Positions 12,701-24,837 of a stretch of 64,000 nt of DNA are shown here, piece by piece; positions within the stretch are counted from its first letter, which is position 1; each line of letters begins with the position of its first letter. Under the pieces are notes generated by a model, which saw nothing but the letters and a program-made list of their open reading frames with translations, had not been told where the DNA came from and searched no databases. This stretch comes from Leptogorgia sarmentosa (Eukaryota). The stretch is from positions 8,246,001 to 8,310,000 of the forward strand of contig OZ210885.1 of assembly GCA_964658305.1 (NCBI GenBank), written 5' to 3'. The translations under genes were made by a program, and so were the position numbers.

Positions 12701-13866
12701 GGACAAAAATACACAGCAGTCGAAATCTCGCGCTTGCCTTCCGATCACACAGCTAAGATCATAGCTTTATCTTTAACATTTTAACTTAATTAAAATTTGC
12801 AATTGTTAATGTTGATAATTTTTAAATTTAGTGAGTGATCAAGAAGGACGGACTGGGAACTTAAGCAACGAGCCTTCTACTTTCAGCCAAGGTAACAGGT
12901 TCAGTTTGCAAACAACTAAGTCTTCGATAAGGTGCCAGCTTACCAGCAAACTGCCGTGTGCAAGTTTATGTTTTGCTATTTTCATATACTTGAAATATTC
13001 ATAATATTCATAATATTCATAATAATATATGGCACAAAATGGGAGAAAAGGCTAGAATATGGAACTTTCCCGGGAGAGTGGAAGATAAGATATAATTTTT
13101 AGCAGGACTGAAAATAGCTGGCATAATTGAAAATTCTGAAGGTTTCATGTGTTAACATTACCTTTAACATTCAAATGTTTATTACTGTTCAGGAATGATG
13201 GATGATCTCCCTTCAGGAACCACCTCAGCGCACAAAACTGTGACTGCTACCAACGGTAATTGAATAAAAACTGATTTCTAAACAAAAACTCAATAATTCC
13301 ATGATATTCGATGATTGGCTAGCAAGGCTCAAAAACCGTGCGAGTTACATGTTCACTCATTGGATTGCTCATCCCCAACCAATTTGATATAAAAAACGGC
13401 GGCGAATGATCAATGAAACCCGCCAACTGACAGGAGATTACACTAATTAGATTAATTAAGAACGTGCCATTCGTGTTAAAATGATTTTTTTCTTGTGTGT
13501 TGCCCTACCTTAAAGCAAGTGGCTTCGCGGAAGCATGCTGGGACCAGTGACATGATTCTGCAGGCAACGAAAGAAGGCCTTAAGTCACATTATAGTTTGA
13601 AATGTCGAACTTATAATGTATTATTTGTTTCTTTTATTATAGTGCCAAAAAGAAGAACATTTAAGACGCAGGCGTGGACAAAGAGAGAGAAAGACAACAT
13701 TTCAATATATTTCGCTAAATATATAAGTGTTGGAAAAGCCCCCCGGAAGCGTGCGGTGGAAAAATTCCTAGAAGGAAAAGAGCATCTATTTCCAAACAGA
13801 AGTTGGAAGAACATTAAGGATTGCGTGAGGAACAATGGGGACGAAAAACAAGTGAAAAAAATTTAA
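9770..13866 (+). pseudogene. Decayed intron-containing tyrosine-recombinase (Crypton-type) gene with C-terminal Myb/HTH-like domain
   Basis: Exon ~9770-10223 (ISQHMRDLARL...WSEKVSSNAL...PETLPLTE) with frameshift near 9825 and in-frame TAA at 10209; exon ~11125-11597 with GKRNRKVP, LTSTKLRKYVAT and HLGHDIQIHKDFYR (YR catalytic C-terminal half); exon ~13642-13866 WTKREK...RSWKNIKDCVRN. An exon carrying the first catalytic Arg was not found. Confidence 0.75.
11725..12198. mobile_element. Palindromic (foldback) MITE in an intron of the recombinase gene
   Basis: Arms of ~230 bp are inverted copies around centre GTATACTAAAATTTATTAGTATAC (~11949-11972). Confidence 0.8.
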
Positions 13867-15236
13867 ACATTGAAAACCGCTTTAATTTTTTCATAATTGT
13901 TCCGTTTTTTCAAAAACACTGTATTAGAAGTAATACAACAGTGCGAAATTCACAAACCTCGCAAGTGCTATTAATTGACAATAAACTCTACCGCTTATTC
14001 TCGTTTACCCAATGGCCTCGTTTTGCTGATAATGTTGATAAGCTAACATGAAGGTTATTTTCCGACTTTTTCCGAATGATTTTGTTTGTTGAGCTTAAAC
14101 TCAAAAATAAGCTTACTTAATTTTGACCATATTGTGCGCGAAATACGAGTAAATATCCAGCATGAAAACGAGGCCATTGGGTAAAATGTGAATAATCGGT
14201 AGTCTATTGTGCGCAATAACTCATGCATTATTAGCATGGAATAGTAATTGTTATTGTCAATATGTAATATTCTGTCGCTAAAGCCTATTCCAAACAAACT
14301 TTGAGGAATTCCTCTGGGCCAATTGCATTCATAGTTTCGAAATTCTGTTTCCTTTCAGAAAATCATCAGCTGTACAGCAGTACAATTTCGACCTTTGGAG
14401 TGCTTACGTCATACGGTTTTTCCATAGGTGTAAATACAGTTGAATTGACGCCCACATGCATCATGTTTCCCACATTTCATTTAGACACCGACGTGTATAG
14501 CACTTCAAACATTATTAATTATGGTGCTCTTCTCAGCCAATCAGCATCGAATCATATTTCATAATTATGCTAGTAATAAATGATGAGCTGAAAAGACGTG
14601 TAATGTAAATATATATTATATAATCATAAGGATATTAATTAAAATGATACATTGTAGCATAATAAAAATAAAACGACCTATTTGACAGTATTTGTTATAT
14701 TTTGCGAGTGGGAAGCCTAGTCGATCAAGATTATTTAATTTAACATGCATTTGTCGAAAATTAGCATGAAACTTGTTATAGAATAATTCAAAGCAAACTT
14801 ACCTTAAAGCAAAATGTAAAAATAAGAGATTATTTGCACTCGAAACAATTATACTGAATCAGCATTCCACAAAAGGTCAGTAACTTTTTCTGTTTAAACA
14901 CTGCTCTTGGCCAAATAACATTCATAATTTCAGTACAAATAATAAACAATTATTGAATGAGGTCGAGTAGGATATGTTGAATTATTACAAAGGCTTAATA
15001 ACTGGATTTATTATACATTGTAGTTGGTAAGCTTACAGTTAAATCGCTCAATCACGCAACCTGCAGAAAATCCAGTTATGCAGGGGCAGACCCCCTCACA
15101 TCTCTTAACAGTAGAATTGTGATGCAAGTTGCAAGAAAAATTCCATCGTGTAACACGTCTTTACAGATCCACAGAACTTGTTACTGCTCTAACGCTCTCA
15201 AAACAACGGAACATTTATTATCAACTTTAACAACTA

Positions 15237-15279
15237 AGTCGTTACACAGTGTTTCATGCTAGGCAATCATCAGACGACT
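15237..15279 (-). ncRNA. Minimal type I hammerhead ribozyme (pLTR copy 1)
   Basis: Reverse complement reads AGTCGT CTGATGA TTGCCTAGCAT GAAAC ACTGT GTA ACGACT. Confidence 0.8.
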
Positions 15280-15619
15280 GGTTACATTCAATTATTCGTC
15301 TATTTTTATAGTCTACCCAGTTGTTGTTATTCTGGCGACTATTGTTCTTAATTGCTTTTTAATTATCCGGTGGCGTCTCTTTGAAGTTGGTAAGGAGAAA
15401 CTTGTTTTTGTGACGACATGTCGAAAGAATTTCACTTGTTCTGTTTAGCAAGTTCTCATTGCTGTGGAACATGATGTTGAACTTTTCTGAAAGGCAAAGG
15501 TTGCATGTTTTGGAGCTTTTCTGATGTGGAACTCAATTAAAAAGCAATTAAGAACAATAGTCGCCAGAATAACAACAACTGAGTAGACTATAAAAATAGA
15601 CGAATAATTGAATGTAACC

Positions 15620-15662
15620 AGTCGTCTGATGATTGCCTAGCATGAAACACTGTGTAACGACT
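15620..15662 (+). ncRNA. Minimal type I hammerhead ribozyme (pLTR copy 2)
   Basis: Stem I AGTCGT/ACGACT, core CTGATGA, stem II TGC-CTA-GCA, GAAA, very short stem III, GUA cleavage triplet at 15654-15656. Confidence 0.8.
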
Positions 15663-15694
15663 TAGTTGTTAAATTTTTGAATAAAATATCTATC

Positions 15695-15750
15695 TATATA
15701 TATAATATATATATATAATATATATATATAATATATAATATATATATATT
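15695..15750. repeat. Imperfect (TA)n microsatellite
   Basis: Run of TA/TAA units. Confidence 0.9.
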
Positions 15751-15830
15751 CATAATATTCATAATAATACATGACACAAAATAGGAGAAAAGCTAGAATA
15801 TGGAACTTTCCCGGGAGAGTGGAAGATAAG

Positions 15831-16310
15831 ATTTTAGACCATTTTGTCATCAGGAATAGCGATATGTTATATTCCTGAGGGAGGGGGGAGTGCGGTCTGC
15901 GCGAGGATATACCCCACAAGCCCACCAGAAACTTTACGTAAGTTAATTCGAAAGCTGGGGTGACTCCCTAAATCTTAATTATTTAGCAACCGCACACCAT
16001 ATACAGTACGTACACCTTATAAAATTCAACAAATTTGACCTAAATTATTATTATCAGCAAGCCTTAGCGATTAAGCTTTGAGTGACTGATGTGACTAACA
16101 TCCCTATTTCATATTTTATTTCACTAGTCCCATGTCATTCGCAGGAGTATTTGGTTGACGTAAATAGTTCAGATCCGGTTAAAGATGCATGAGGCATCGT
16201 GTATAATTTGTCTGACGAAACAGAAAATATTTTAGAAATTATATTTTGCTCTTTCAATTAATTTTGTTATTGAGCACTCTATTTAAACTACGGAAGATTA
16301 ATTACTGTGT

Positions 16311-16345
<35 letters not shown>

Positions 16346-17081
16346 TCTGAGCTTACAGTTAAATCGCGCAATCACGCAACCTGCAGAAAATCCAGTTATG
16401 CAGGGGCAGAGCCCCTCGGAAAATATCATCACTTCGGATGTGATACGCCGAATCCCCCTCGCTCCGGGTCTATAAATGATAAATATTCCCTGTCCCTGAT
16501 TGGCTAAGAGCAAACCGTGAATTTGTCATATCATCTGAATAGCTAACCAAATATTGATTTTTCACATTCATAAAATCACGTCAAAGAGTCAATTTGAACG
16601 AAAATTTGGACGCGTTTGCACCATATCACTATGACGACGAGAACCATATTGATTCGCTGACTCCATTGTTATGACGAATGTGAAACGCGGCACGAACAAA
16701 AACAAAATTAATTTTTCCCTATTCTTAAGGCTCTGTTACACGGTGCAATTTTTCTTGCAACTTGCAACGCAATTCTTCTTCCAAGACATGTAAAATAAAA
16801 TATGAAATAGGGATGTTAGTCACATCAGTCACTCAGAGCTTAATCGCTAAGGCTTGCTGATAATAATAATTTAGGTCAAATTTGTTGAATTTTATAAGAT
16901 GTACGTACTGTATATGGTGTGCGGTTGCTAAATAATTAAGATTTAGGGAGTCACCCCAGCTTTCGAATTAACTTACGTAAAGTTTCTGGTGGGCTGGTGG
17001 GGTATATCCTCGCGCAGACCGCACTCCCCTCCCTCAGGAATATAACATATCGCTATTCCTGATGACAAAATGGTCTAAAAT
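15831..17081. repeat. ~290-bp near-identical inverted repeat pair (15831-16121 / 16793-17081)
   Basis: ATTTTAGACCATTTTGTCATCAGG...CCCTATTTCATATTTTATTT is reverse-complemented at 16793-17081. Confidence 0.85.
16315..16342. repeat. (TA)n microsatellite
   Basis: Perfect TA run. Confidence 0.95.
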
Positions 17082-17197
17082 TTGGGTACGAGTATGATAG
17101 AAATAGAGCGAGTGCGATGGAAATATATACACCTGTAGATTAAAAAAATGGAATAACCCACAGAGATGCAAGTGCGGTTTCATACCTTCAATTTTAC

Positions 17198-17354
17198 CTT
17201 TGGGATCCGTGATCCTCAAACAGATATCACACAAGTCAAAATTACACATTCGACAATCGTTTGGATATTTGTTTGGCGAAGGATGGAAAGCCATACCACA
17301 ATTATCACAATCCCATCGACTTGAGGATCTGTGATAAATCAATCCCGTGTTTGC
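17198..17354 (-). other. Isolated exon-like segment encoding a Cys-rich (ZZ/C1-like) zinc-finger motif
   Basis: WDCDNCG...CRMCNFDLCDICL in ORF 17034-17366(-), bounded by plausible AG and GTAAA splice sites; no other exons identified. Confidence 0.4.
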
Positions 17355-17817
17355 TTTGAAACACATGTCACAGCAAACAATACAATTTAAAAAATGGTGA
17401 TTATAGTTAATTTACATAATTATAGTTTCTGATAGATAGCGCGAATGTGGGCTTCCGGTCCGGCTCAGGAGATGATAAGTCGCTCATTCAATCCCATTTT
17501 ATCTTGTATATACTTTAGTAAGCTCAGTTACCTCACAAATTGTGTTTATTAACCTTCGATGTTTATTATAGACCTTCGAAGTGCTCAAGTCACGCCAGTG
17601 TCAAAACAATGAATCGCTGCAATGCATTGTGAGAAAGATGTGAGAATAAATTTTATTGTATTTACATGCATTGAAAGACCGTGTGATGTAAGCACTTCAA
17701 AAGTCTGTAGGAGAGGAATGAGGAAATGTCAGTAAGTTAGATTGTTAAATGCATGCAAAATTAAAACACGTTCCTAAATGATATTTGTTAATCAAAATAC
17801 TTTTCCATTTTCTATAG

Positions 17818-20800
17818 CCCCCACGTGCGATCCCTCTTCACAATTCACTTGTGGTGACGGTGAATGTTTCCCTATTTCTTTTCATTGCGACGGCGATAAT
17901 GACTGCCCTGACTCCTCGGACGAACAGGGTTGCCCCCCACCACCCACTTTCGCTCCTTGTCCAGCTCACAAATTCGGATGCGGTGACGGAGAATGTATAC
18001 CGCTGGACCGGAAGTGCGATGGTGCATCAGACTGCAACGATGGAACAGACGAATTGAGCTGTCCTGCAACGTGCATGAGCATGCAGTTTACATGCGCGCA
18101 ATCGGGAAAGTGCATTTCCCAGCATTCAAGGTGCGACGGTATTGAATATTGTGGAGACGGTTCGGATGAAGCGAAATGTGGTGAGTGGCAGTTGAATTAA
18201 ATCAAGTATCGTCGATTGCAATTAAGAATGAACAGTTGCATATAAAAAGATTGATAAAGCTGTTAATTTATTGGTATAGCACAGATTAATATTCACTGCA
18301 TGTTTTCGAGTTAAAGTTTCGTTTTACTAATCATGATTCTGGGGAGTTGGTTGTATCAAGGGTGAATAGGGAGACTGTGGTACACTGAATTTAGGACATG
18401 CAATTGGGCGAAAATTAATGAAGCTAATTTTTTTCCGTTTAACTTTCTTTAGAACACCCCATGTCATGTAGTGATGCTAGTTCGTTTCGTTGTGGAAGTT
18501 CGCCATATTGTATCAACGCGACCAAAGTGTGCAATGGTTTGAGAGATTGTCCCCGTGGGGAAGATGAAGCACCTAACTGTGGTATGTATTATGCTTCTCT
18601 TACCGGAAGAGAATCACATACAGGCCCAAAAAGGCAAAAACTATGTGCGTACTATGTATTATGTACTATGTACTATGTAGTTAACAGATCTACCGATTTT
18701 CTTTGCCGCTTTTCTGTTGAAACTAACATTCATTTGATGCATTTTTTTATAATGCGGATGTAAATTTTCTCATATATAACTGTGTATCTACATTGCATTT
18801 TAATAGGCATCGACGAGTGTTCTGATCATAATGGTCACTGTATTCACAAATGTAAAGATCTTCCTATTGGTTACGAATGCCATTGTAATAAAGGCTACAA
18901 ACTGGCCAACGACAGCAGATCTTGTGAAGGTACGAACGTTGAGGCATGGCTCTGCATTGTCACTATAATATGTTGTGCGCTACTTTTACGATGATTTATA
19001 TTGCAGACCTAAGCGAATGCGAAGAGGTGTATGGCTCCTGCAGTCAGAAGTGTGTTAACTTCAAAGGACACTTCAAATGTGGTTGTGTCCAGGGTTATCG
19101 TAAGGAAGAGGATGTCACGTGTCGAGCGACAGGTGAGAGATCACTGGGTATGCCTTTTCCTGGCGTAACATGTTTGCAATGAAACTGATAAAGGTTGACG
19201 GGGGAAGATATGTTGCTAATGATTGTATATTATTTGCGAAATTTTCTAGGCCCACAAGCGTATCTTGTCTTTGGTGGCGAACATGCCATTCACAATCTCA
19301 CAATATCTGGGATTCACTACGATGATGTTGTTTTAAATCGCAACGCACCAATTGCCATAGGCCATGATGTCAATAATGGATACGTTTACTGGAGTGATAT
19401 TCTTGATGGGACGATTGAACGTGCACGATTATTGGGTGATGGAACTGCGGAGACAGTTGTTAAGAAAGTAGTACACTCAAATGGTACGTTTAACCGATCT
19501 AAGTCAATGTTGTTGGCTACCTGCATGTTTCTATATTATAAATTTGTACGCCTTCTTTCAATCTAGATCTAATGTTGGTTAATATAAATTAAAAAATCTA
19601 GGTGTGGCCATTGATTGGATTGGAAAGAAAATATATTGGACCGATGAAACATTGAAATCCATTGAAGTTTCTGAATTCGATGGCAAGAATCGTTTAAAAC
19701 TATTCAGTGTCAGCTTAGACGCGCCGCGCGGTATAGCTTTGGATCCATTTGAAAGGTAGGATTACTACTTATCTGTATATTTTGAGCTGGGATGGTGCGC
19801 AAGCCATAGCTTCTTGTGAAATGTAGGCTATGTAGCTTTCAATTAACCAATCTTCCGAACTTTCAGCCAATGTTCTTGAGTTAAAAATAATAAACCAGCG
19901 AAACTAAATGAATACTTTAGACAAGCCTAGATAGAAACCAATGAGGATTTCTTTACTTCTAGGTATATATTCTGGACAGATTGGGGTGGACTACATCCTA
20001 AAATTGAGCGAGCAAGTATGGATGGCAATTTCACTTCTCGCAAAGTTATCCTTGACACTGACCTCGTCTGGCCAACTGCCTTGACAATAGATACCATCAC
20101 TCAGAGGTTGTTCTTCGCGGACACAAAATCGCAGCGAATAGCGACGATCAAATACGACGGTTCGGCGAGAAAGACTTTGATCTTCAAAGGACTTGTTCAC
20201 CCGCTAGGTTTGGCAGTGTTTGAGGATCGTCTGTACTATACTGATTATTCGCTTAACACCATATTCACCGTCAACAAAAGAACTGGCCAACAATTACGTG
20301 AACTGAAAAACAATTTGAGAAGTCCTACGGGTGTGAATGTTGTTCACCCATTGCATCAGAAACAAGGTAAGGCAGTGAATGATTTAATTTCTTTCTCCGC
20401 TTCACTGTGTAGTACGTGAAACTGAACAGAAAACGCAACCGAAAAATTATATACACAAAATTTATTTCTTTAGTCCCCACACAGTGCGCCAGAAATAACG
20501 GTGGGTGCTCTCATCTCTGCCTGCTTTCAAGCGTTTCCGCAAAAAATCACACCTGCTGCTGTCCAAACGGAATAATGTTGAGAGAAGATGGCAAATGCTG
20601 CGTTCATAGCGACGAATCAAATTCAACGACACCTCGCAAAACCAGCCCCTCTCCAACGATCAGGATTGTATCTACTGGCAAACCTAGCCAGACCAGTCCA
20701 TCCGGGACGACCGGAAAGAGTACAACAAGTAACAAAGGTAAAGAATGTCTTTGTGATGGCAACAAAAAGTCTTATTTAAAAGAACGTATAAAATAATACT

Positions 20801-21381
20801 GTCCTGTATTAAAGTGACAATCTGCATGTATTGTCACAGCTCACAAGTGGGCTCACGCAAGATTTTTAGCTTTTGATTGTTACTCAGTGACTCACAAGTG
20901 ATTTTATTAGGCTAATCCCGCATGTGACGTCGTTAAAAACATCGTTATTGAGATTAAGAATGGATCCAATTAAGAAAACGGACAGTTTGTTTCAAGAATT
21001 AAGCAAGATATGAAAAATCTGTGAAATAGCTATGCCTTTATAAATAATTTAGAAACGTTCTTTAAGACTTCAAGACTGGTTCTGAAAAGAATTTTGATCT
21101 TTGAACGTTTGTATAATCTAGATGGTACGCTGGGCAAGAAACAGGGTGAATCATCTTCAAACAGCGGACCAATGATAGCTGGAGTTACTGTGGCTGTTGT
21201 GGTACTCATCTTCCTGCTCATTGTCGCTTTCTTGTATTGGCGAAGACAAAGCAAGATGGCGGATAGAAGAATTCTGTTTTACAAAGTTAACTCGACAACG
21301 CCGCAGCAAAACGACTTCTATGAAGAGCTTATCAAAAGCCACGAAAACATTGGCGGAATGTCACGCGTGCAATTTACATAA
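17818..21381 (+). CDS. LDL-receptor family protein (LDLR/VLDLR-like): 4 visible LDLa, 2 EGF, YWTD propeller, EGF, Ser/Thr-rich stalk, TM, short tail; 5' exon(s) not identified
   Basis: GT-AG exons approx 17818-18180, 18453-18581, 18807-18929, 19007-19132, 19250-19483, 19602-19755, 19963-20366, 20474-20737, 21122-21381; motifs [71 protein letters not shown]. Confidence 0.93.
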
Positions 21382-22216
21382 TGTTGTATAGATAGCTGAT
21401 AGGCAAATGCAAAAAACGTACGCTTGTGCAAGTCTCCTGATCATGAATGAGTGCCATATATGATTTCATAACTCGATTGGTTTGTGAAGCTGTTTGTTAA
21501 TTTGAGTTAAGGATTGTCGAGTAGCAGTAAAGCCAAAGACAAACGAAATTTATTCCTACAGGAAGTTGACTGTTGTTTCCTATCCATGCTAATTTTGAAG
21601 GAAGAACTAGTGATCGGCTTAGTCCCCGGGGTGAAGCTGTGCAACGTCAAAAGGTAATAGTGACACAAGTCATTCACTCATGTTTTCCTGGCTAACGACA
21701 GATATTGAAAGAGCCAATGAGCAGTCGAGTTTTATTTCGAAAAGCGTGTCCAGTAAAAGGATAAAAGCATCCCGCATAGCTACAAGCAAAATATCGGCAA
21801 AATATTGAAATATTTCGTCTGTTTGTGGACTGTTCAAGCTGTACTTTGACAAAAAAAGTTGCTAACAGGTTAGTAAAAATATCCTAATTTATATTTGTGT
21901 TGTTTTTCAAGCCGGTTGTGTTCTTGATAAATTTCGGGTTTATTTTGTGTGTGTATTTTCAAAAGTGTAAATAGTTGCCAACCTTAGGATATTTACACTG
22001 AGATATAATATTACATTATAATTATAATTGTAATTCTTTAGCTCAGTGGATATTTACTATATACGTCACTTCGCTGCCCAAGTAGCTGCCATATTTTCAC
22101 ATAAATATTTCATATTTCACATAATTATTTCGTATTGTTCCGATACGAAATACAGCGCTTAGGGTCGGAGTGGACCAGCTACCTGGAACTAGTTCGCCGA
22201 TTAACTTAAGTAAACC

Positions 22217-23145
22217 CATAGCACAGAGTATAAATCATAGAGAGATGTAACTGGCGAAAATCAATATGAAAAAAACTCGCACTTTCACGTACCCACTTTT
22301 TTAATTTTCAATGCGATCGGCAAAGAATGATCAACTGCGCACGCTTGGCAAGTTTAAATTTAGTCGTCATCCAATCAGATGCACGCATCTAGTAACTTGC
22401 CGAGCATGCGCACAAAAATAGTGGGTACAACAGTTACATCCCTGTATGATATATACTCTGTGACTCTGTGCCCATAGGTAGCCCAACGCACGCATGACGT
22501 AGTATTAATTAGTATATAAATATAATGATAAGGTTGTCAAGTAAACAATAATATGACTCGCTAGCACTTAAAACAAGGCGAAAAAAATCAACCTCTTGCG
22601 AACAAACTTCGCTAAAAAATAGCAGCCCCTACTTCTAGGATAGTATTACTAAATATATACAACGTTTTCAGGCAACAAAACGTGTGAAAAAGTCGAAAAA
22701 ATACGAAAAGTTTCTTTCAATTTGCCGTGTCTTGATGCTGGATGCCTGTTGCCGTGCAAAAATTGCCGTTTGAAATAACGAATACGCAATGCTATTGGTG
22801 GTCTGTTATGCCGGTAGATATATAACCAATAGGATCGCGTAGTCGTTTTTCAAACGGCAATTTTTGCACGGCAACGGGCATCCAGCATCGAGACACGGCA
22901 AATTGAAAGAAACTTTTCGTATTTTTTCGACTTTTTCACTCGTTTTGTTGCCTGAAAACGTTGTACATATTTATTAATGCTATCCTAGAAGCAGGGGCTG
23001 CTGTTTTTTAGCGATGTTTTTTCGCAAGACGTTGATTTTTTCGCCTTGTATTAAGCGGTAGTGAGTCAAATTAGTGTTTACTTGCCAACCTTATCATATT
23101 TATATACTAATAAATACTACGTCATACGTGCGTTGGGCTACCATG
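22217..23145. mobile_element. P-like foldback MITE (CATAGGTAGCCC family) with a nested insertion in its left end
   Basis: 7-bp TSD GTAAACC (22210-22216, 23146-23152); arms 22473-23145 palindromic; second copy at 34884-35548. Confidence 0.8.
22222..22470. mobile_element. P-like CACAGAG MITE nested at the terminus of the foldback MITE
   Basis: 7-bp TSD CCCATAG (22215-22221, 22471-22477); extra ACTCTGTG at the right end; reverse-orientation homolog of 2231-2477. Confidence 0.8.
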
Positions 23146-23555
23146 GTAAACCAAACGCAATTCCAACTATTACTTTAACTAATCGACAACAACTATTTTC
23201 TAAAATTGCGAACACCACTCCTCACATTAATTTTATTCTAATAGAAGAAGGTCCCATTAGCCTACGAACTGTATTAAGATATCTACCGACACAAAAACGA
23301 ATAAACAGACTGTCCCTTCATTATTTTTAACTAATGCTTGCCACATTCTGAATAACATAGATGACGTAATACAAAAGTATACAAATTTTTCTTATTTTGC
23401 ACGGTTATATTTTCCGTATTTTACAACTTTTTCAACCCAAACTTTGCAATTAACGCTGTTGTTATGAATTGTACTATTTCGAACTTTTTATGAATTTTGC
23501 CTACTATGCAATTGGTCCATTGAAACGGCTGGAATGCAGCAAAATGAAAATATTC

Positions 23556-23625
23556 TGCGTTGGCGGGGATCGACCCCCGATCTCCCGCGTGGCAGGCGAG
23601 AATTCTACCACTGAACCACCAACGC
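23556..23625 (-). tRNA. tRNA-Gly(GCC), T-arm variant (possible pseudogene)
   Basis: GCGTTGGTGGTTCAGTGGTAGAATTCTCGCCTGCCACGCGGGAG...; T-loop altered with a 1-nt deletion. Confidence 0.7.
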
Positions 23626-23891
23626 AAAGTTGCCCAATTGTTTCGCTATAATGTTCATATTCCACAAGATGCCAAACACCTTCAATTAATAAATCAGGGT
23701 AAGTTCTAAAAAATTGTTACACTTTAAACATGATCAGCAAAATCAATTTTTTTTGGAATATCAAAATCATGTCAACAAAGACTTAAATACCGAAAACACC
23801 AAATTATGGGTAAGAGAGATAGAGCTGGTATAATAGCAATGGTTTTGCTAATTTTTCAAATTGCATTTTTCCCCTTCTCTCGCAAGTATTA

Positions 23892-23963
23892 TTCCCATCC
23901 CGGGAATCGAACCCGTGCCTTGGCGGTGAGAGCGCCAGATCCTGACCACTGGACCACATGGGA
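23892..23963 (-). tRNA. tRNA-Glu(CTC)
   Basis: TCCCATGTGGTCCAGTGGTCAGGATCTGGCGCTCTCACCGCCA...GGTTCGATTCCC...GGGAA. Confidence 0.85.
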
Positions 23964-24059
23964 GAAACATTCATCTTTTCTCGGAATGTGAAAATAACGA
24001 TAATATTTTTAATTTGAATTTCGAAGAAAATTTCGAGAGACAGCGTGGCCAGAAGTGCT

Positions 24060-24132
24060 TGACCTTGAAGTGAGTTGAACACTTAACCTTCTGATCTGGA
24101 GTCAGACGCGCTACCAATTGCGCCACAAGGTC
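24060..24132 (-). tRNA. tRNA-Trp(CCA)
   Basis: GACCTTGTGGCGCAATTGGTAGCGCGTCTGACTCCAGATCAGAAGG...CAAGGTCA. Confidence 0.9.
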
Positions 24133-24376
24133 GTAGCGCTGTTAAAATGGTTTGGTTTCAGAGAACGAGTTTGAGAATGTGAACACAAGCAGCTTCATTT
24201 ATTGATTGCCACGCCCATATGCGCAGTTTTATAACATTTTGTCTATTTTTACAACTGTTGAAAAAATCCCTATCCAATCGAGAAAGTTGTCGGAATTTCG
24301 TACAACTGGCCTCTGATGCTATCGGCAATTAATGCCGTAATTGGATTTATATTCTGAGTTTCAATGGGTAGAATTT

Positions 24377-24449
24377 GCCTCATTAGCTCAGGGGTTAGAG
24401 CACTGGTCTTGTAAACCAGAGGTCCAGAGTTCAAATCTCTGATGAGGCT
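24377..24449 (+). tRNA. tRNA-Thr(TGT)
   Basis: Complete cloverleaf; anticodon arm CTGGT-CTTGTAA-ACCAG. Confidence 0.9.
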
Positions 24450-24687
24450 CAAAGTATCGTTATCAAAAAGTTAGTTTTGAGAATGCGAAATAATCTTCAA
24501 GCAACTCAGAGTACCGCTTACTAGCTTGAAATATATTCCATATTATAAATCAATCAAAGACTAGATGCTAACCTTTTACAAAGAATGAAAACAAGTGAAT
24601 AGTCTTCACTCTCATTTTTAACATTTTGAAACATCACATCAGTGCAGGATGGCAAAGTAATATAATTCTACAGCAAGCTTTTGAGTT

Positions 24688-24741
24688 GCCTCATTAGCTC
24701 AGTGGTTAGAGCACTGGTCTTGTAAACCAGGGGTCCAGAGT
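24688..24741 (+). pseudogene. 3'-truncated tRNA-Thr(TGT)
   Basis: Stops inside the T arm. Confidence 0.8.
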
Positions 24742-24837
24742 GAGTTTATTTCATGAAAACACGTGATAATACGGGAATTTAAGTTCAATTAACTTCGTTA
24801 TTGGATTTACATTCTGAGTTTCAAGGGGGAAGAAGTT

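Larger units (their letters stand above)
15225..15673 (-). mobile_element. Penelope-like retroelement 3' fragment with inverted pseudo-LTRs
   Basis: ~140-bp near-perfect inverted repeats (15225-15364 / 15535-15673) flank a minus-strand frame SKTCNLCLSEKFNIMFHSNENLLNRTSEILSTCRHKNKFLLTNFK, resembling the C-terminal end of PLE GIY-YIG endonucleases. Confidence 0.8.

Noticed and set aside
17050..17085. CTGATGA motif in the 290-bp inverted repeat as another hammerhead
   Set aside because: No GAAA after a stem II and no stem I pairing
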